64,000 bases of DNA from Terriglobia bacterium (lineage in GTDB: Bacteria; Acidobacteriota; Polarisedimenticolia; Polarisedimenticolales; JAIQFR01), in assembly GCA_963748015.1 (NCBI GenBank), contig CAVVHE010000004.1:1856001-1920000 (forward strand). The letters are read 5' to 3'. The translations under genes and the position numbers were made by a program. The notes below the pieces were generated by a model. That model worked only from the letters and a program-made list of their open reading frames with translations. It had not been told where the DNA came from and made no database searches. Shown in pieces: positions 19,903-33,719 of the stretch. Numbering within the stretch: the stretch's first letter is position 1; each line of letters opens with the position of its first letter.

Positions 19903-22038
19903 TCAGGCCTCGCCCGCCCGCGACCGGGCTTCGCGAACCCGTTCGAGGATCGCCGCGCCGTACCGCTCGACGACCTTGGGCCCGACTCCCTTCACGCGGA
20001 GCAAGGCCTGCTCGTTCTCCGGCCGGGCGTGCGCGATCCCCTCGAGCGTCCGGTTGGACAGCACGTGGAACGCGGGGACCTGCGCGCGGCGGGCCTCTGC
20101 CAGGCGCCACGCGCGCAGCGCCTCGACCAGGGAGGGATCGGGCGCAGTCCCCCTATCCGGTTCCACGAGCGTTTTCGGTCTCGCGGCACGACCGGCGGTT
20201 GCGCCCGCGGGAGGCGTCTTGCGCCGGATGCGCGGAGGAGGCGCCTCCTGCGCGACGGCGACGGGAACGCTCTCGAACTCGGCCGCGCCGCGCCCGGAAT
20301 CCGACAGGAAGAGCCTCCGGAACTCGATGGCCCTCCCCTCCTTCTCGAACGACTCCGCGCGCTCCGACACGTAGCCCGAGCGCACGAGGGCGGCGACCAG
20401 GCGCTCGAAGCGATCCCGCTCGAGCGCCTCGCCGAACAGCTCGCGGTGCAGCCGGCCGGCGGCCTGACCGTTGGTGCGGCGCAGGGCGTCCAGCATCCGG
20501 CCGAGCGCCCGCCGCTCCTCGGCGGAGGGCGCGCGGAAGCGCAGCGCCCGGCAATTCCCGGGGGCGCAGATGTCGCATCCCCCGCAGCGCCGGCCGTCGT
20601 CCTCCTGGTCGCCGAAGTGGGAGACGAGGTGCACCATGCGACAGCCGCGGCTCGCGGCGTAGCGCGTGATCCGCTCGAGCTGCTCGATCTTGTGGCGGCG
20701 TCGGGCCAGGTACGGCCGCTCCCAGCCCGGACGCCCGCGCGATGCGTTCTCCTCGGCGTCGATCCGCGCCCCGCCGTGGATCCACAGCTTCTCCAGCGCG
20801 TTGTCCAGCCGGTCCGGGTCGAGGGCGGTGCGGGCGAGCAGCGCCTCGCGCGGCTGCGGCTCGTCGCTCAGGGCGTCCCACACCTCCGTCAGCAGCGATG
20901 CGTCGGGGTAGTCGCGCTCGAGAAAGAACTCGTGGGTCTTACGATCGGACCAAGAGAACAGCAGCACCGCCCGCGACGGCGCGCCGTCGCGTCCTGCCCG
21001 GCCGATCTCCTGGTAGTACCCCTCGACGCTCGCCGGCAGGGCCATGTGGATCACCGTGCGTACGTCGGGCTTGTCCACCCCCATGCCGAAGGCGATCGTC
21101 GCGACGATCGCCTCGAGGCGGCCGGCCTGGAAGGCGGCCTGGACGCCGTCGCGCTGCGGCGCGGTCATCCCGGCGTGATAGGCGGCCGCCGGACACAGCG
21201 CTGCGAGCCGCCGGGCGAGCTCCTCGGTCTGCCGCCGCGTCGGCGCGTAGACGATCGCCGGCCGGTTCGCCGGATCGCCGAGCAGGCGCTCGGCCACGGC
21301 GACGCGCGCCGACGGCTTCAGCTCGACCAGCTCGATCGCGATGTTCTCGCGGCGGAAGCCGTGGATGAAGCGCAGCGCGCTCGCCATCCCGAGCTGCTCG
21401 CAAATGTCGTTCTGCACGAGCGGGGTGGCCGTGGCCGTCAGCGCGATGACCGGCGCGGGCCGGAGAAGCGGCAAGCGCTCCCCGAGCATGCGGTAGTCGG
21501 GACGAAAATCGTGGCCCCAGTGCGATATGCAATGCGCCTCGTCCACGGCGATCAGCGCCGGCGTGCGGCGGGCGAGCAGCTCCGGGAAGCCCGGAACGGC
21601 GAGGCGCTCGGGCGCGATGAACAGGAAATCGAGGCCACCGTCCAGATAGCTCCGGCAGGCCTGCTGCGATTCGGGGCGCGGGCGGCCCGAATGGATCCGC
21701 TCGGCGCGGAGGCCCTGCGCCCTGAGCTTCGCCACCTGGTCCTCCATCAGCGAGATCAGCGGGCTGACCACCAGCGTCGTGCCGCCCCGGGCGATCCCCG
21801 GCAGCTGATAGCACAGCGACTTCCCCGCGCCGGTGGGCATCACCAGCAGGACGTCGCTCCCCTCCGTCACGGCGCGGCAGACGGCTTCCTGGTACGGGCG
21901 GAAGCGATCGAAACCGAAGGCCTCGCGCAGGAGTACGGCGAGCCGCGCCGGCGGCGTCGGCTCGCGCCGGCGCGGCGCGCCGGCGCGGGTCGCGTCGCCT
22001 TCGCGCGGCACGGGAGGCGTGGGAGGTGAATTCCTCAT
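19903..22038 (-). CDS. recQ: RecQ family ATP-dependent DNA helicase with HRDC domain
   Basis: MPTGAGKSLCYQ, DEAHCISHWGHDFRP, TATAT, ATIAFGMGVDK, QEIGRAGRDG, Zn motif CGGCDIC, C-terminal HRDC; start uncertain. Confidence 0.92.
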   Translation of the reverse strand: MRNSPPTPPVPREGDATRAGAPRRREPTPPARLAVLLREAFGFDRFRPYQEAVCRAVTEGSDVLLVMPTGAGKSLCYQLPGIARGGTTLVVSPLISLMEDQVAKLRAQGLRAERIHSGRPRPESQQACRSYLDGGLDFLFIAPERLAVPGFPELLARRTPALIAVDEAHCISHWGHDFRPDYRMLGERLPLLRPAPVIALTATATPLVQNDICEQLGMASALRFIHGFRRENIAIELVELKPSARVAVAERLLGDPANRPAIVYAPTRRQTEELARRLAALCPAAAYHAGMTAPQRDGVQAAFQAGRLEAIVATIAFGMGVDKPDVRTVIHMALPASVEGYYQEIGRAGRDGAPSRAVLLFSWSDRKTHEFFLERDYPDASLLTEVWDALSDEPQPREALLARTALDPDRLDNALEKLWIHGGARIDAEENASRGRPGWERPYLARRRHKIEQLERITRYAASRGCRMVHLVSHFGDQEDDGRRCGGCDICAPGNCRALRFRAPSAEERRALGRMLDALRRTNGQAAGRLHRELFGEALERDRFERLVAALVRSGYVSERAESFEKEGRAIEFRRLFLSDSGRGAAEFESVPVAVAQEAPPPRIRRKTPPAGATAGRAARPKTLVEPDRGTAPDPSLVEALRAWRLAEARRAQVPAFHVLSNRTLEGIAHARPENEQALLRVKGVGPKVVERYGAAILERVREARSRAGEA

Positions 22039-22303
22039 CTTGAAATCGTCTGGAGGCGCGTCGAAAGGGACCCGACGATGGTCGCGGTTTGCGCTCGCCG
22101 AGTCAAGCCCGTGCCCGCCGGCCTCGGTGCTCGCGTTGCCGTGGCGCAAGATGCCCGCTCGGCCTTCCTTTGAAACGCGCATGGAACCGTCCGCTTGCAC
22201 CCGCCGCTACTCACTTCGGCGAGAGTCGATTCGCCTTCCAAGAGTGGCATCGGATGACGCACTGCCGTATCGTGCTTCGATCACGAGAGTGAGGGAAGCT
22301 GCC

Positions 22304-24688
<2,385 letters not shown>

Positions 24689-24867
24689 CGGGCCACCGCC
24701 CTGCGGGATAGGATGTCCGGGCTGCTTGACCGAGGAACAAGTCCGGCACAGGGATCTCGATGGCGTCCAGAATCCGGATTCCGTCCGCCGTCGTGGGCCG
24801 GGCCCAGCGACCCTGCCGATCTGCCGAAGTTTCCACATTGACGTTTCTCTCTCCAAAGGAGTGTCCC

Positions 24868-25915
24868 GTGACAACCCGAGCATTCGCCGCGCAGTCGGCA
24901 ACGTCTCCCCTGGGTCCCTTCACGATCACGCGGCGCGACCCGTTGCCGCGCGACGTCGAGATCGACATTCTCTTCTGTGGGGTTTGCCATTCCGACCTGC
25001 ACTTCGCCCGCAACGAATGGGGCTTCACGAGCTACCCGCTCGTGCCGGGGCACGAGATCCTCGGACGCGTCACCCGCGTCGGGAAGGAAGTCACCCGGTT
25101 CAAGGTGGGCGACCTCGCGGGGGTCGGGTGCCTGGTCGATTCCTGCCGCACCTGCTCGAGCTGCAAGCAGGGCCTCGAGCAGTTCTGCCTCACCGAATTC
25201 GTGTTCACCTACAACGGGCCCGACAAGCACTCCGGGGGCATGACCTTCGGCGGATACTCGGAGAGCATCGTCTGCGACGAGGCGTTCACGCTCAAGGTCC
25301 CCGCGAACCTCGACCCCGCGCACGCCGCGCCGCTGCTGTGCGCCGGTATCACCACGTATTCCCCGCTTCGCAAGTGGGGGGCGACCCAGGGGAAGAAGGT
25401 GGGCATCGTCGGGCTGGGCGGGCTGGGGCACATGGGCGTGAAGTTCGCCCACGCCTTCGGCGCGCACACGGTCCTGTTCACGACGTCCGAGAGCAAGATC
25501 GCCGACGGAAAGCGGCTCGGAGCCGACGAGGTCGTGATCACGAAGGACGCGGAAGCGATGGGCAAGCACGCCGGCAGCTTCGACATGATCCTCGACACGG
25601 TTTCCGCCGACCACGACCTCAACGCGCTGATGGCGATGCTCAAGCTCGACGCCACGCTGGTCATGGTCGGGGCGCCGGCCAACCCCCAGTCCGTGAGCGC
25701 CTTGAGCCTGCTCCTGCCCCGCAAGAGCCTCTCGCGGCTCGCTCATCGGCGGGATTCCCGAGACCCAGGAGATGCTCGACTTCTGCGGGAAGCACGGCGT
25801 GGCGTGCGACATCGAGCTGATCCGCATGCAGGAGATCAACGAGGCGTACGATCGCATGCTGCGCAGCGACGTGAAGTACCGCTTCGTGATCGACATGGCG
25901 TCGCTGAAGAAGTAG
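24868..25915 (+). CDS. Zn-dependent NAD(P) alcohol/aldehyde dehydrogenase (cinnamyl-alcohol dehydrogenase/YahK type), apparent frameshift near 25735
   Basis: CGVCHSD, GHE, CRTCSSC..C, GLGGLG; C-terminus [23 protein letters not shown] in the adjacent frame; SD AAGGAG. Confidence 0.9.
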
Positions 25916-25937
25916 AGCGCGCGACTCGGAGGCGACG

Positions 25938-26474
25938 ATGGGAATCCTCGAGCTCTTCGGCTGGGGAGGCGACCGGAAGGAGCAGGCGCTGTCCCCGTCG
26001 GCGGCGGACACCGAAACCGTCCGCAAGATCTCCGCGGCACTCGATCGTCTCGAACCCGACCGGGCCCGCTACATCGCCGCCTTCGCCTACCTCCTGAGCC
26101 GCGTGGCCGCGGCCGATCTGACGATCAGCGAGGAGGAAAGCCGCGAGATGGAGCGGATCGTCGAGGAGAAGGGAGGCATCCCCGAGGCGCAGGCCGTGAT
26201 GGTCGTTCAGATGGCCAAGACGCAGAACGTCCTCTTCGGCGGGGTCGAGAACTTCCTGGTCACGCGCGAATTCGAGAGGATCGCGACGCGCGAGCAGAAG
26301 CTCGCCCTGCTGCACTGCCTGTTCGCCGTCTCCGCCGCCGACCGCTCGATCTCCTCGGCCGAGGACACGACGATTCGCATGATCGCGAGCGAGCTTCGCC
26401 TCGATCACGCGGACTTCATCGGTGTGAGGCTCGCCTACGTCGACCGGCTCGCCTCGCGCGGCGCGAAACCTTGA
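25938..26474 (+). CDS. TerB family protein
   Basis: VAAAD..ISEEE and VSAAD..ISSAE paired acidic motifs. Confidence 0.8.
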   Translation: MGILELFGWGGDRKEQALSPSAADTETVRKISAALDRLEPDRARYIAAFAYLLSRVAAADLTISEEESREMERIVEEKGGIPEAQAVMVVQMAKTQNVLFGGVENFLVTREFERIATREQKLALLHCLFAVSAADRSISSAEDTTIRMIASELRLDHADFIGVRLAYVDRLASRGAKP

Positions 26475-26562
26475 TCGTCGCGAGCGCCGCTGTGATTCGC
26501 TGAGACGTTCTATCCCCCCTTGGCCGCGGACGCGAGACGGCGTTCGCCCCGGAGGAACCGAT

Positions 26563-27400
26563 ATGGCCCTGAAGAAGAGCCCCGCCAGGAAGCCGGCGGC
26601 GAAGCCCGCCGCGAAGTCGAGACCGTCCGCGGCGCCGGCCGCCTCGAAGCCCCCCGCCGCGCGGATGACCCTTGCCGAAGCGATGTCCGCGCTGGAGGAA
26701 GCCGGCTCCGAGCAGACGCGGAAGACTTATCAGCGCCACGGCGCGACGGGCCCGCTCTTCGGCGTCAGCTTCGCGGCGCTCAAGGTCCTCGTCGAAGCGC
26801 GCGGGCGTCGATCACGACCTCGCGACCGCGCTCTGGGACACGGGGAACTTCGACGCGCGGATCCTCGCGATCAAGGTCGCCGACCCGGCGCGCGCGACGG
26901 CGGGCCAGCTCGACCGCTGGGCGGGAGAGGCGCGCTCTCGGATGCTCGTCAACTACGTCGCGCAGCTCGCCGGGGAGACGCCGCACGCCGCCGCGCTGCT
27001 CGCGAAGTGGCGCGCCGCCGACCCGAACGGCCCCAAGGCCGCCGCCGCGTGGCCGCTCGCCGGCCAGATGGCGACGCACGACACGACGACGCCGGACGCC
27101 TGGTTCCTCGAGCGCCTCGCGGAGATCGAGCGGACGATCCACACCGCGCCGAACGCCCAGCGCGAGGGAATGAACATGGCCGTCGTCGTGATCGGGTGCC
27201 GCAACGAGGCGCTGCGCAAGGCAGCGACCGCCGCGGCGAAGCGCATCGGCAAGGTCGTCGTGGACCACGGCGACACCGCGTGCAAGACGCCCGACGCGGC
27301 CGAGTACATCGCGAAGACCTGGGCGCACTCGACGTCGAAGGGTTTCGAGAGCCCGGCCGCGCACGAGCGCTCGCGGGAGCCGGTTCGCTGCCGCTGCTGA
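26563..27400 (+). CDS. DNA alkylation repair (AlkD-like HEAT) protein, apparent frameshift near 26794
   Basis: RKTYQRHG..FGVSFA then DHDLATALWDTGNFDARILA..IGKVVVDHGDTACKTPDA; SD GGAGG. Confidence 0.8.
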
Positions 27401-27527
27401 GGGGCGTCTCGGGATCGTGGCGCCGCTCGCATGCATCGTGCCCGCGTCTCGGTTCCCGGTCATGTGGATCGCGGACAAAGGGTCGTTCGTTCGCTCACCC
27501 TACGGAGTCGCAACGAGGAGATCACGG

Positions 27528-28466
27528 ATGGGCTCGCGCGGGCACAGCGTTTCATCATTAGCCCTTTCCGTCGGTTCGAAGCTCGCGGCGATCGGATTGC
27601 TCGTCGGAACGCCGTTGGCTTCCGCCCAAGCGCCTGCGCCGGGCGATCTTTCGACCTCGATCACGATGTCGGCCCCGACGATGCTGGACACCGGTATCGA
27701 CCAGGGCGGCCGCTTCCGATGGTGGAGCGTGGGGTTGGGCGCGAGCGTGACGCGGCAGTTCACGTCGGCGCTTTCGGTCGGGATCAGCGGGCGCTACGTC
27801 TTCGAGCGCTGGTCGTTCGATACGCCCACCGCATTCGGGCCGGTTGCGCCATGGAAGGACATCGCCCGACCCAGCCTCGGCCTGAATCTCGGCTACAACC
27901 TGTCCAAGGGCCTGTCGCTGTTCGTCGCCCCGCAGGCCGAATGGGCTCTCGAGCCCGGCGCCTCGGTGTCGGACTCGCTCAACTTCGGAGCGGTGATCGG
28001 GGTGGCCAAGTTCTTCTCTCCGAGGCTCGTTGTCGGGCTCGGGGCGGGTGCGTTCCGGCAAATCGACCGAAACCGGTTCTTCCCGTTCGTGATCGTGAAT
28101 TGGCAGATCACGGACTCGCTGCGCCTGACGAATCCGCTGCAAGCGGGGCCGACCGGCGGCGCCGGACTCGAGCTTGCGTATGCCTGGTCGGCGTCATGGG
28201 AGGCGGCCGCCGGCGCGGCCTTCCGTGAATACCGCTTTCGGCTCCGTGGGGATGGGCCGGCGCCGAACGGCCTCGGTCAGAACCGAGGCGTGCCGCTCTT
28301 CGCGCGGCTCACCCGCAGGTTCGGGCCGGGGACGCAGGTCGAGCTCTTCGCCGGCGTCGTCGTCGCCGGCGAGCTGCGAGTGTTCGATGCCGCAGGCGCA
28401 ACTGTGCGATCGTCGGACTACGGAGCCGCCCCACTCATCGCTCTCAGCGGGACGGTCCGTTTCTAG
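27528..28466 (+). CDS. outer-membrane beta-barrel protein (DUF6268-like)
   Basis: Signal peptide, alternating beta-strand pattern, C-terminal Phe. Confidence 0.65.
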   Translation: MGSRGHSVSSLALSVGSKLAAIGLLVGTPLASAQAPAPGDLSTSITMSAPTMLDTGIDQGGRFRWWSVGLGASVTRQFTSALSVGISGRYVFERWSFDTPTAFGPVAPWKDIARPSLGLNLGYNLSKGLSLFVAPQAEWALEPGASVSDSLNFGAVIGVAKFFSPRLVVGLGAGAFRQIDRNRFFPFVIVNWQITDSLRLTNPLQAGPTGGAGLELAYAWSASWEAAAGAAFREYRFRLRGDGPAPNGLGQNRGVPLFARLTRRFGPGTQVELFAGVVVAGELRVFDAAGATVRSSDYGAAPLIALSGTVRF

Positions 28467-28496
28467 GGGGTCGATATCGCGGACGTTCCGGCCTCC

Positions 28497-29096
28497 TCAG
28501 AAGGCGTATCGAATCCCCATTGCCCAAGCATTGGATGCGCCACGAACCCCGCTGAAAGTCCCGGACGCGCCGGAGCGATGATGAATCCCGGCCACGAAGC
28601 TCCACTGCGGCACGCGAGGATGCGAGAAAGCGAATTCGAACATCAGCGCCCCCAGGAGCTGGGCGGTCTCGTCATAGTACTTCGCCTCGACTTCCGGCAC
28701 GGACGTGGCGTAGGAAACCCCCGCTCCTGCGGCGACACTCGTTTTCAAGTGCTCGTTCCACGGAAAGCGGAGCCAACGCAAGTAGGCCACGAAACAGAAC
28801 TCCCCGTTGGTTTGATTTCCAAAGTGCCTGGCGATCTGCCCCTCGATCTCGACACTGAACTGATCTTGACGGGTGTACAATCTCCTGGACACGCCCAGGT
28901 CGATGAAATAGGCATTCTCGAAGTGAAAATCGCCGACAGCCGTCGTGGTGAGTTGTTCGTCGGTGAGCCTTCCGTAGTAGAGCGATAATGCCCAGTCCTT
29001 CTCCGCGCCCTCGGCGTGGAGTGGAAGCAAGCCGAGACAGATGGTCGCCAGAACAGAAAGCACGAGCCGCCGTCGGAACATCCGCATCTCCCCCAC
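28497..29096 (-). CDS. small outer-membrane beta-barrel, PagL/acyloxyacyl hydrolase-like
   Basis: Signal peptide, GAGVSYA, HHRSGASG..GASN, terminal YAF. Confidence 0.6.
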   Translation of the reverse strand: MGEMRMFRRRLVLSVLATICLGLLPLHAEGAEKDWALSLYYGRLTDEQLTTTAVGDFHFENAYFIDLGVSRRLYTRQDQFSVEIEGQIARHFGNQTNGEFCFVAYLRWLRFPWNEHLKTSVAAGAGVSYATSVPEVEAKYYDETAQLLGALMFEFAFSHPRVPQWSFVAGIHHRSGASGTFSGVRGASNAWAMGIRYAF

Positions 29097-29170
29097 CCGG
29101 AATACTAGCTTCTCAGCGGCCCCCCAAGGGAGCGCGTTTTCGCGATGATCGAGCCAGCGAGTCTCGAGGG

Positions 29171-30445
29171 ATGAGGGCCGGCGCGGCGGCCCTACTCGTC
29201 GCTTTCCCGCTCGTGACCTCCTCGATCTCGGGTGGCGCGGAAGCCGACGACATGCGGGTCTCGGTGGATCCGTACTTCTCCCTCGAGACCGGCTCGGACT
29301 TCACGCGCACGAGCGTGTGCCTCTTCGGAACCCTCGAGGCTCGCGTGTCAGGGCCTCTCGAGCGATCGCGCGCCGGCGGCGTCGCGTTCCGTCTTGCCAG
29401 GACCGTGCTGCTCGACCTGCCCATGGCGTGGTGGTTCGGGGTGCTGGAGCACGAAGCGTTCGGTCACGGCGGCCGGGCGAGGGAGTTCGGCTCCCGCGCC
29501 GGATTTCACATGGGGTCGCCGTGGGGCGACAGGGATTCCTACTCCAGCTACACGACCGACGGGCTGGGCACCGACGACCTCCTCCGCATCGCCGCCGGGG
29601 GCACGGAGTCCAACGGGTGGACGGCCACGCAGCTGGAGAGGGATCTCGTCGCGGGACGGCGAACGAGGCCGTTCGATCTTCTCTTCGTCGCGGCCAACCG
29701 CTGGGTGGACTACGCGTACGTCGTCCGCACGACGCCCGACCCTTCGACCGATCCCGCGGGCTTCTATGCCGAATGGGCCGGCGGCGGCGACGTCGCGAAC
29801 TACCTCGGCAGGCTGAGCGAGGAGTTCACCGGGGACCCCGGCATCACGCCGACCGGCACCACGCCCCTCGTCCGCGAGAACTACCGAACCCTGCGCCGCC
29901 AGGCGGCCTGGAACGTGCTCGATCCGGGTCTGTGGCTGTCGCTCTGGACGGCCGCCCGGTCGGTCGTCACGGGCGACGAGTTCCCTCGTGTTCCCCTGCC
30001 CCGGATCCGCGGGCGCGCCCTCCTGCCGGTACTGTCGGCCGATTGGCTCCCCGACGGCGGTATCGCGTCGCTGGAGCTGGTCGCCGGCCCGGCCGAGCCC
30101 GGCGGCGTCCCGAGTGCCGCGGGCTGGTCGTCGGTCGTGATTCGGCGAGGGACCGGCCCAGGAGGGACGTTCTGGGCAGGCGGGGCGGCGACGGAAGTGC
30201 TGCACGAATTCCCCTCGTTCCGCGTGGGCGGTGAGGTCGAGGCCTGGACCCGTCCCGGCCGCCTGCCGGGCGCCGGGGCCAGGATGCGCTTCACCTCCAC
30301 ACGGGGCCGGTTCCAGCGCTGTTTCGCCGACCTCGGTCTCAAGAGTGCCGGTCACTGGCCCGGCCGCCCCGCGGGGACGGGTCCGTTCGTCATGGTGGGG
30401 GTGACGATCCCCACGCGCTCCGCGGCCGACACGGACGGGCGGTAG
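29171..30445 (+). CDS. hypothetical exported/membrane protein with HExxGH motif
   Basis: Signal peptide, hydrophobic helix ending LEHEAFGH, beta-rich C-terminus. Confidence 0.6.
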   Translation: MRAGAAALLVAFPLVTSSISGGAEADDMRVSVDPYFSLETGSDFTRTSVCLFGTLEARVSGPLERSRAGGVAFRLARTVLLDLPMAWWFGVLEHEAFGHGGRAREFGSRAGFHMGSPWGDRDSYSSYTTDGLGTDDLLRIAAGGTESNGWTATQLERDLVAGRRTRPFDLLFVAANRWVDYAYVVRTTPDPSTDPAGFYAEWAGGGDVANYLGRLSEEFTGDPGITPTGTTPLVRENYRTLRRQAAWNVLDPGLWLSLWTAARSVVTGDEFPRVPLPRIRGRALLPVLSADWLPDGGIASLELVAGPAEPGGVPSAAGWSSVVIRRGTGPGGTFWAGGAATEVLHEFPSFRVGGEVEAWTRPGRLPGAGARMRFTSTRGRFQRCFADLGLKSAGHWPGRPAGTGPFVMVGVTIPTRSAADTDGR

Positions 30446-30483
30446 CCCGGGGCAGGAGTCCGGCACCTCGTCCGGGGCGGGAA

Positions 30484-33400
30484 TCACCGCGCCTTCCACG
30501 CCGCGGCCTTGGCGTCGTACCCCTTGCCGGGCTCCCGGGCGCTCCAGGCCTCGTAGAGCTCGACGATCGCCCGGGTGCAGTCGCGGGTGTCCTTGTGCGT
30601 CGCGCCGCGGGTCGTGACGTACAGGGGGTGCGCCTCCAGAAGGCTGGCCTCCGCCGCGGGGAACTCTCCGAGCGCGGCGCGCGCCTTGCCGAGGGTCGTG
30701 AGCAGCTTCGCGAGCCAGCGCGCGTTCGAGCCGGTGAACGCCTTGCGCGCCGGGTCCTCGATCGGCGCGAGAAGCTGCACGGCCTCGGCGTGCTTCCCCT
30801 GCGCTTCGAGCAGCGTTGCCGTGTTGGTGGTCGAGATCCGCGTGTTGGGGTGATCCGGCCCGAGGACCCGCCGGCACTTCTCCATCGCCTCGCGGAGGTA
30901 CGGCTCGGCCTCGTCGAGCTTCCCCTGCGCTTGCAGGAGGACGCCGAGATTGTTGAGGGAGGTCAGCGTGTCGGGGTGATCCTCGCCGCGCACGCGCCGT
31001 TTCTTCGCCAGCGCCTCGCGGAGGTACGGCTCGGCCTCGGCCAGCCGGTCCGCTGCCTGCAGCAGGCGGCCCACGTTGCCGATCGAGCCGAGCGTGTCCG
31101 GGTGATCCTCGCCCAGCACGCGCCGTCGTCTCTCCATCGCCTCGCGGAGGCACCGCTCGGCCTCGGCCAGCTTCCCCTGGTCCTGCAGCAGGATTCCCAG
31201 GTTGTTGAGCGCGGCGAGCGTGTTCGGGTGATCCTCGCCCAGCACTCGCCGGTACTTCTCCAGCGCCTCGCGGAGGTACGGCTCGGCCTCGGTCGCCTTC
31301 CCCTCGAACTGCAGCAGGAATCCGAGGTTGTTGATCGTGACGATCGTCTCCGGGTGCTCCTCGCCCAGCACGCGGCGGTGCTTGTCCACCGCCTCGCGCC
31401 AGTACGGCTCGGCCTCGCCGAGCTTGCCCTGCGACTGCAGCAGGTTGCCCATGTTGGCGATCGAGGTCAGGGTGTCGGGATGGTCCTCACCCAGCACCCG
31501 GCGGCGCTTCTCGAGGGCCTCGCGGAAGAACGGCTCGGCCTCGCCGAGCTTGCCCTGGGCCTGCAACGCGAGGCTCAGGTTGTCGAGCGAGACCATCGTG
31601 TCCCTGTGCTCCTCGCCCAGCACGCGCCGCTGTTTTTCCAGCGCCTCGCGGAAGTACGGCTCGGCCTCGCCGGGCTTCCCCTGGGCCTGCAGCAGGAAAC
31701 CCATGTTGTTGATGGCGATCAGCGTGGTCGGGTGCTCATCACCCAGCACGCGCCTCCCCTTCTCCAGCGCCTCCCGACAGTACGGCTCCGCCTCGCCGGG
31801 CTTTCCCTGGGCGAGCAGGAGGTCGTCCATGGAGTTGATCGAGGCGAGCGTGTCCGGGTGCTCGGCGCCCAGCACCCTCCGCCGCGTCGCCAGCGCTTGC
31901 TCCTGCAGCGGCCGCGCGGCGTCGTACAGGCCCAGCTGCCTGTAGAGACCGGCCAACGTCTGTCGCAGCTTCGCGTCGACCGCCGGCTGGTCGGCGAATT
32001 GCTTCCCGATCGCGTCCGCGGCCGGCTTCAGAATCGTGCGGTCGATCAGCGCCCGGGCCGCGTCGGTGGCGTTGACCCGTTTCCACTGCCCGCCGAACGC
32101 GCTCACCTCCCCCGCTCGCTGCCCCGCCGGGACGCCGGCCTTGGCCAGCGCCTCGGCGAACCTCGCGGCAACGTCCGCGGTGAGCAGCTTCCCTGCTTCG
32201 GTCGCGCTCACCTGGGCGAGCATCTGCCCCTGGAAGTCGGAGACCTTCTGCAGCTCGTCCGCCCGCTTCCTGGCCTCGCCCTCCGCGGCCACGGCACGGT
32301 CGCGCTGCGTCCTGGCGACCGTGGCCTGCCAGGCGAAGGCGACCACGCCGATCAGCAGCGCCGCCGCGATCGCCGCGCCCGCGGTCACCGGCCCCCTGTG
32401 CCGCCGCACGAACTTCCTGAGCCGGTAGACCGGCTCGGCGGCGCCGCGACCACCGCCTCGCCGCCGAGGTACCGCCTGACGTCCATCGCCAGGCCGTTGG
32501 CGGTCTCGTAGCGGCGCTGGCGGTCCTTCTCCAGCGCCTTCATCACGATCCAGTCGAGCTCGCCGCGCACGATCGTGCCGAGCCTGCGCGGCTCGGTCTG
32601 CCGACGGGCGGCGACGCTCGCGAGCGTGTCGGTGTTGACTGGCTGAGCCGCGTGCTGGGCTTGGGCGGCTCCACCTCGCGGATGATCCGCTGGATCTCGC
32701 GCGTACGCCGCCGACCGCAGCTCGTTGCTGCCGAACGGCGTGCTGCCGGTGAGCAGCTCGTAGAGCAGCACGCCCAGCGAGTAGACGTCCGTCCGCGTGT
32801 CGATGTCGAGCGATGCCCTCGGCCTGCTCGGGGCTCATGTACTCCGGCGTGCCGATGAGCTGGCTGATACTCGGTGAAGAGCGTCTTCTCGGTCAGCTTG
32901 CTCGCGGTCGCCTTGGCGATGCCGAAGTCGATCACCTTCGCGTGGGGCCGTCCGTCCTGCGTGGCGACCAGGATGTTGCTGGGCTTGATGTCGCGGTGGA
33001 TGATCCCCTTGGTGTGCGCGTGCTGCACGGCGTTGCAGACCTGCGCGAAGAGCTCCAGCCGCTGCGTCGATGCTCGAGGTTGTTCTTGTCGCAGTACTGC
33101 GGCGATCGGCTCGCCCTTGCACCAGCTCCATCACGAAGTAGGGCCGGCCGGTCTCCGTCGCGCCCGCGTCGAACACCTTCGCGATGTTGGGGTGGTCCAT
33201 CACCGCCAGGGCCTGCCGCTCCTGCTCGAAGCGCGCGACCACCTGCCGCGGTGTCCATCCCCAGCTTGATGATCTTGAGCGCGACCTTCCGCGCGACCGG
33301 CTTCTCCTGCTCGGCCATGAAGACCGAGCCGAATCCGCCCTCGCCGATGAGCTGGAGCAGCTTGTACGGCCCGATGCGCGTGCCGGGTCCTTCCCGCAGC

Positions 33401-33495
33401 GCCGCAGCGCCGGCCGGGGCGGACTGCGCGAGGCTCCGCTCCCCGTCGGGTGGCGGCGGAAGGTCCGCGGTTTCGTCGGATTCGCGGGTTGTCAT
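30484..33495 (-). pseudogene. Ser/Thr kinase - TM - TPR repeat protein; kinase part (about 32430-33250) disrupted by multiple frameshifts
   Basis: [65 protein letters not shown] in alternating frames, followed by an intact TPR region. Confidence 0.85.
30800..31930 (-). repeat. nine 126-bp (42-aa) intragenic TPR repeats
   Basis: Recurring unit AL/MEK.RRVLG.(D/E)HP.T...NL..LLQ.QGK..EAEPY.RE; boundaries approximate. Confidence 0.85.
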
Positions 33496-33719
33496 GGAAA
33501 GTCCTCGGCGTTGGCGGACGGCCACTCACTCATCCCGTCGATCCCAGTCTACCAACCCGGTGCAAGCCCCTGGCGCGAGAAAGGCGCGCCTGCGGGCCAG
33601 GTCAGCGGTAGGCGACCAGGCCGGGCGACGGATCTCGAGGCACCGGGCCGGGGCGACGGAGTGCTACCCTCTCGACGGCTGGGCTCCCTCCCGAGCGCCG
33701 GAGGGACGGAGGTCGTTGG

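Noticed and set aside
25938..26474. Tellurite-resistance or anti-phage ter operon
   Set aside because: Single TerB-like gene with no other ter or defence genes adjacent.
30800..31930. CRISPR-like periodicity
   Set aside because: The period is 126 bp of in-frame degenerate TPR coding repeats, not identical repeats with unique spacers.
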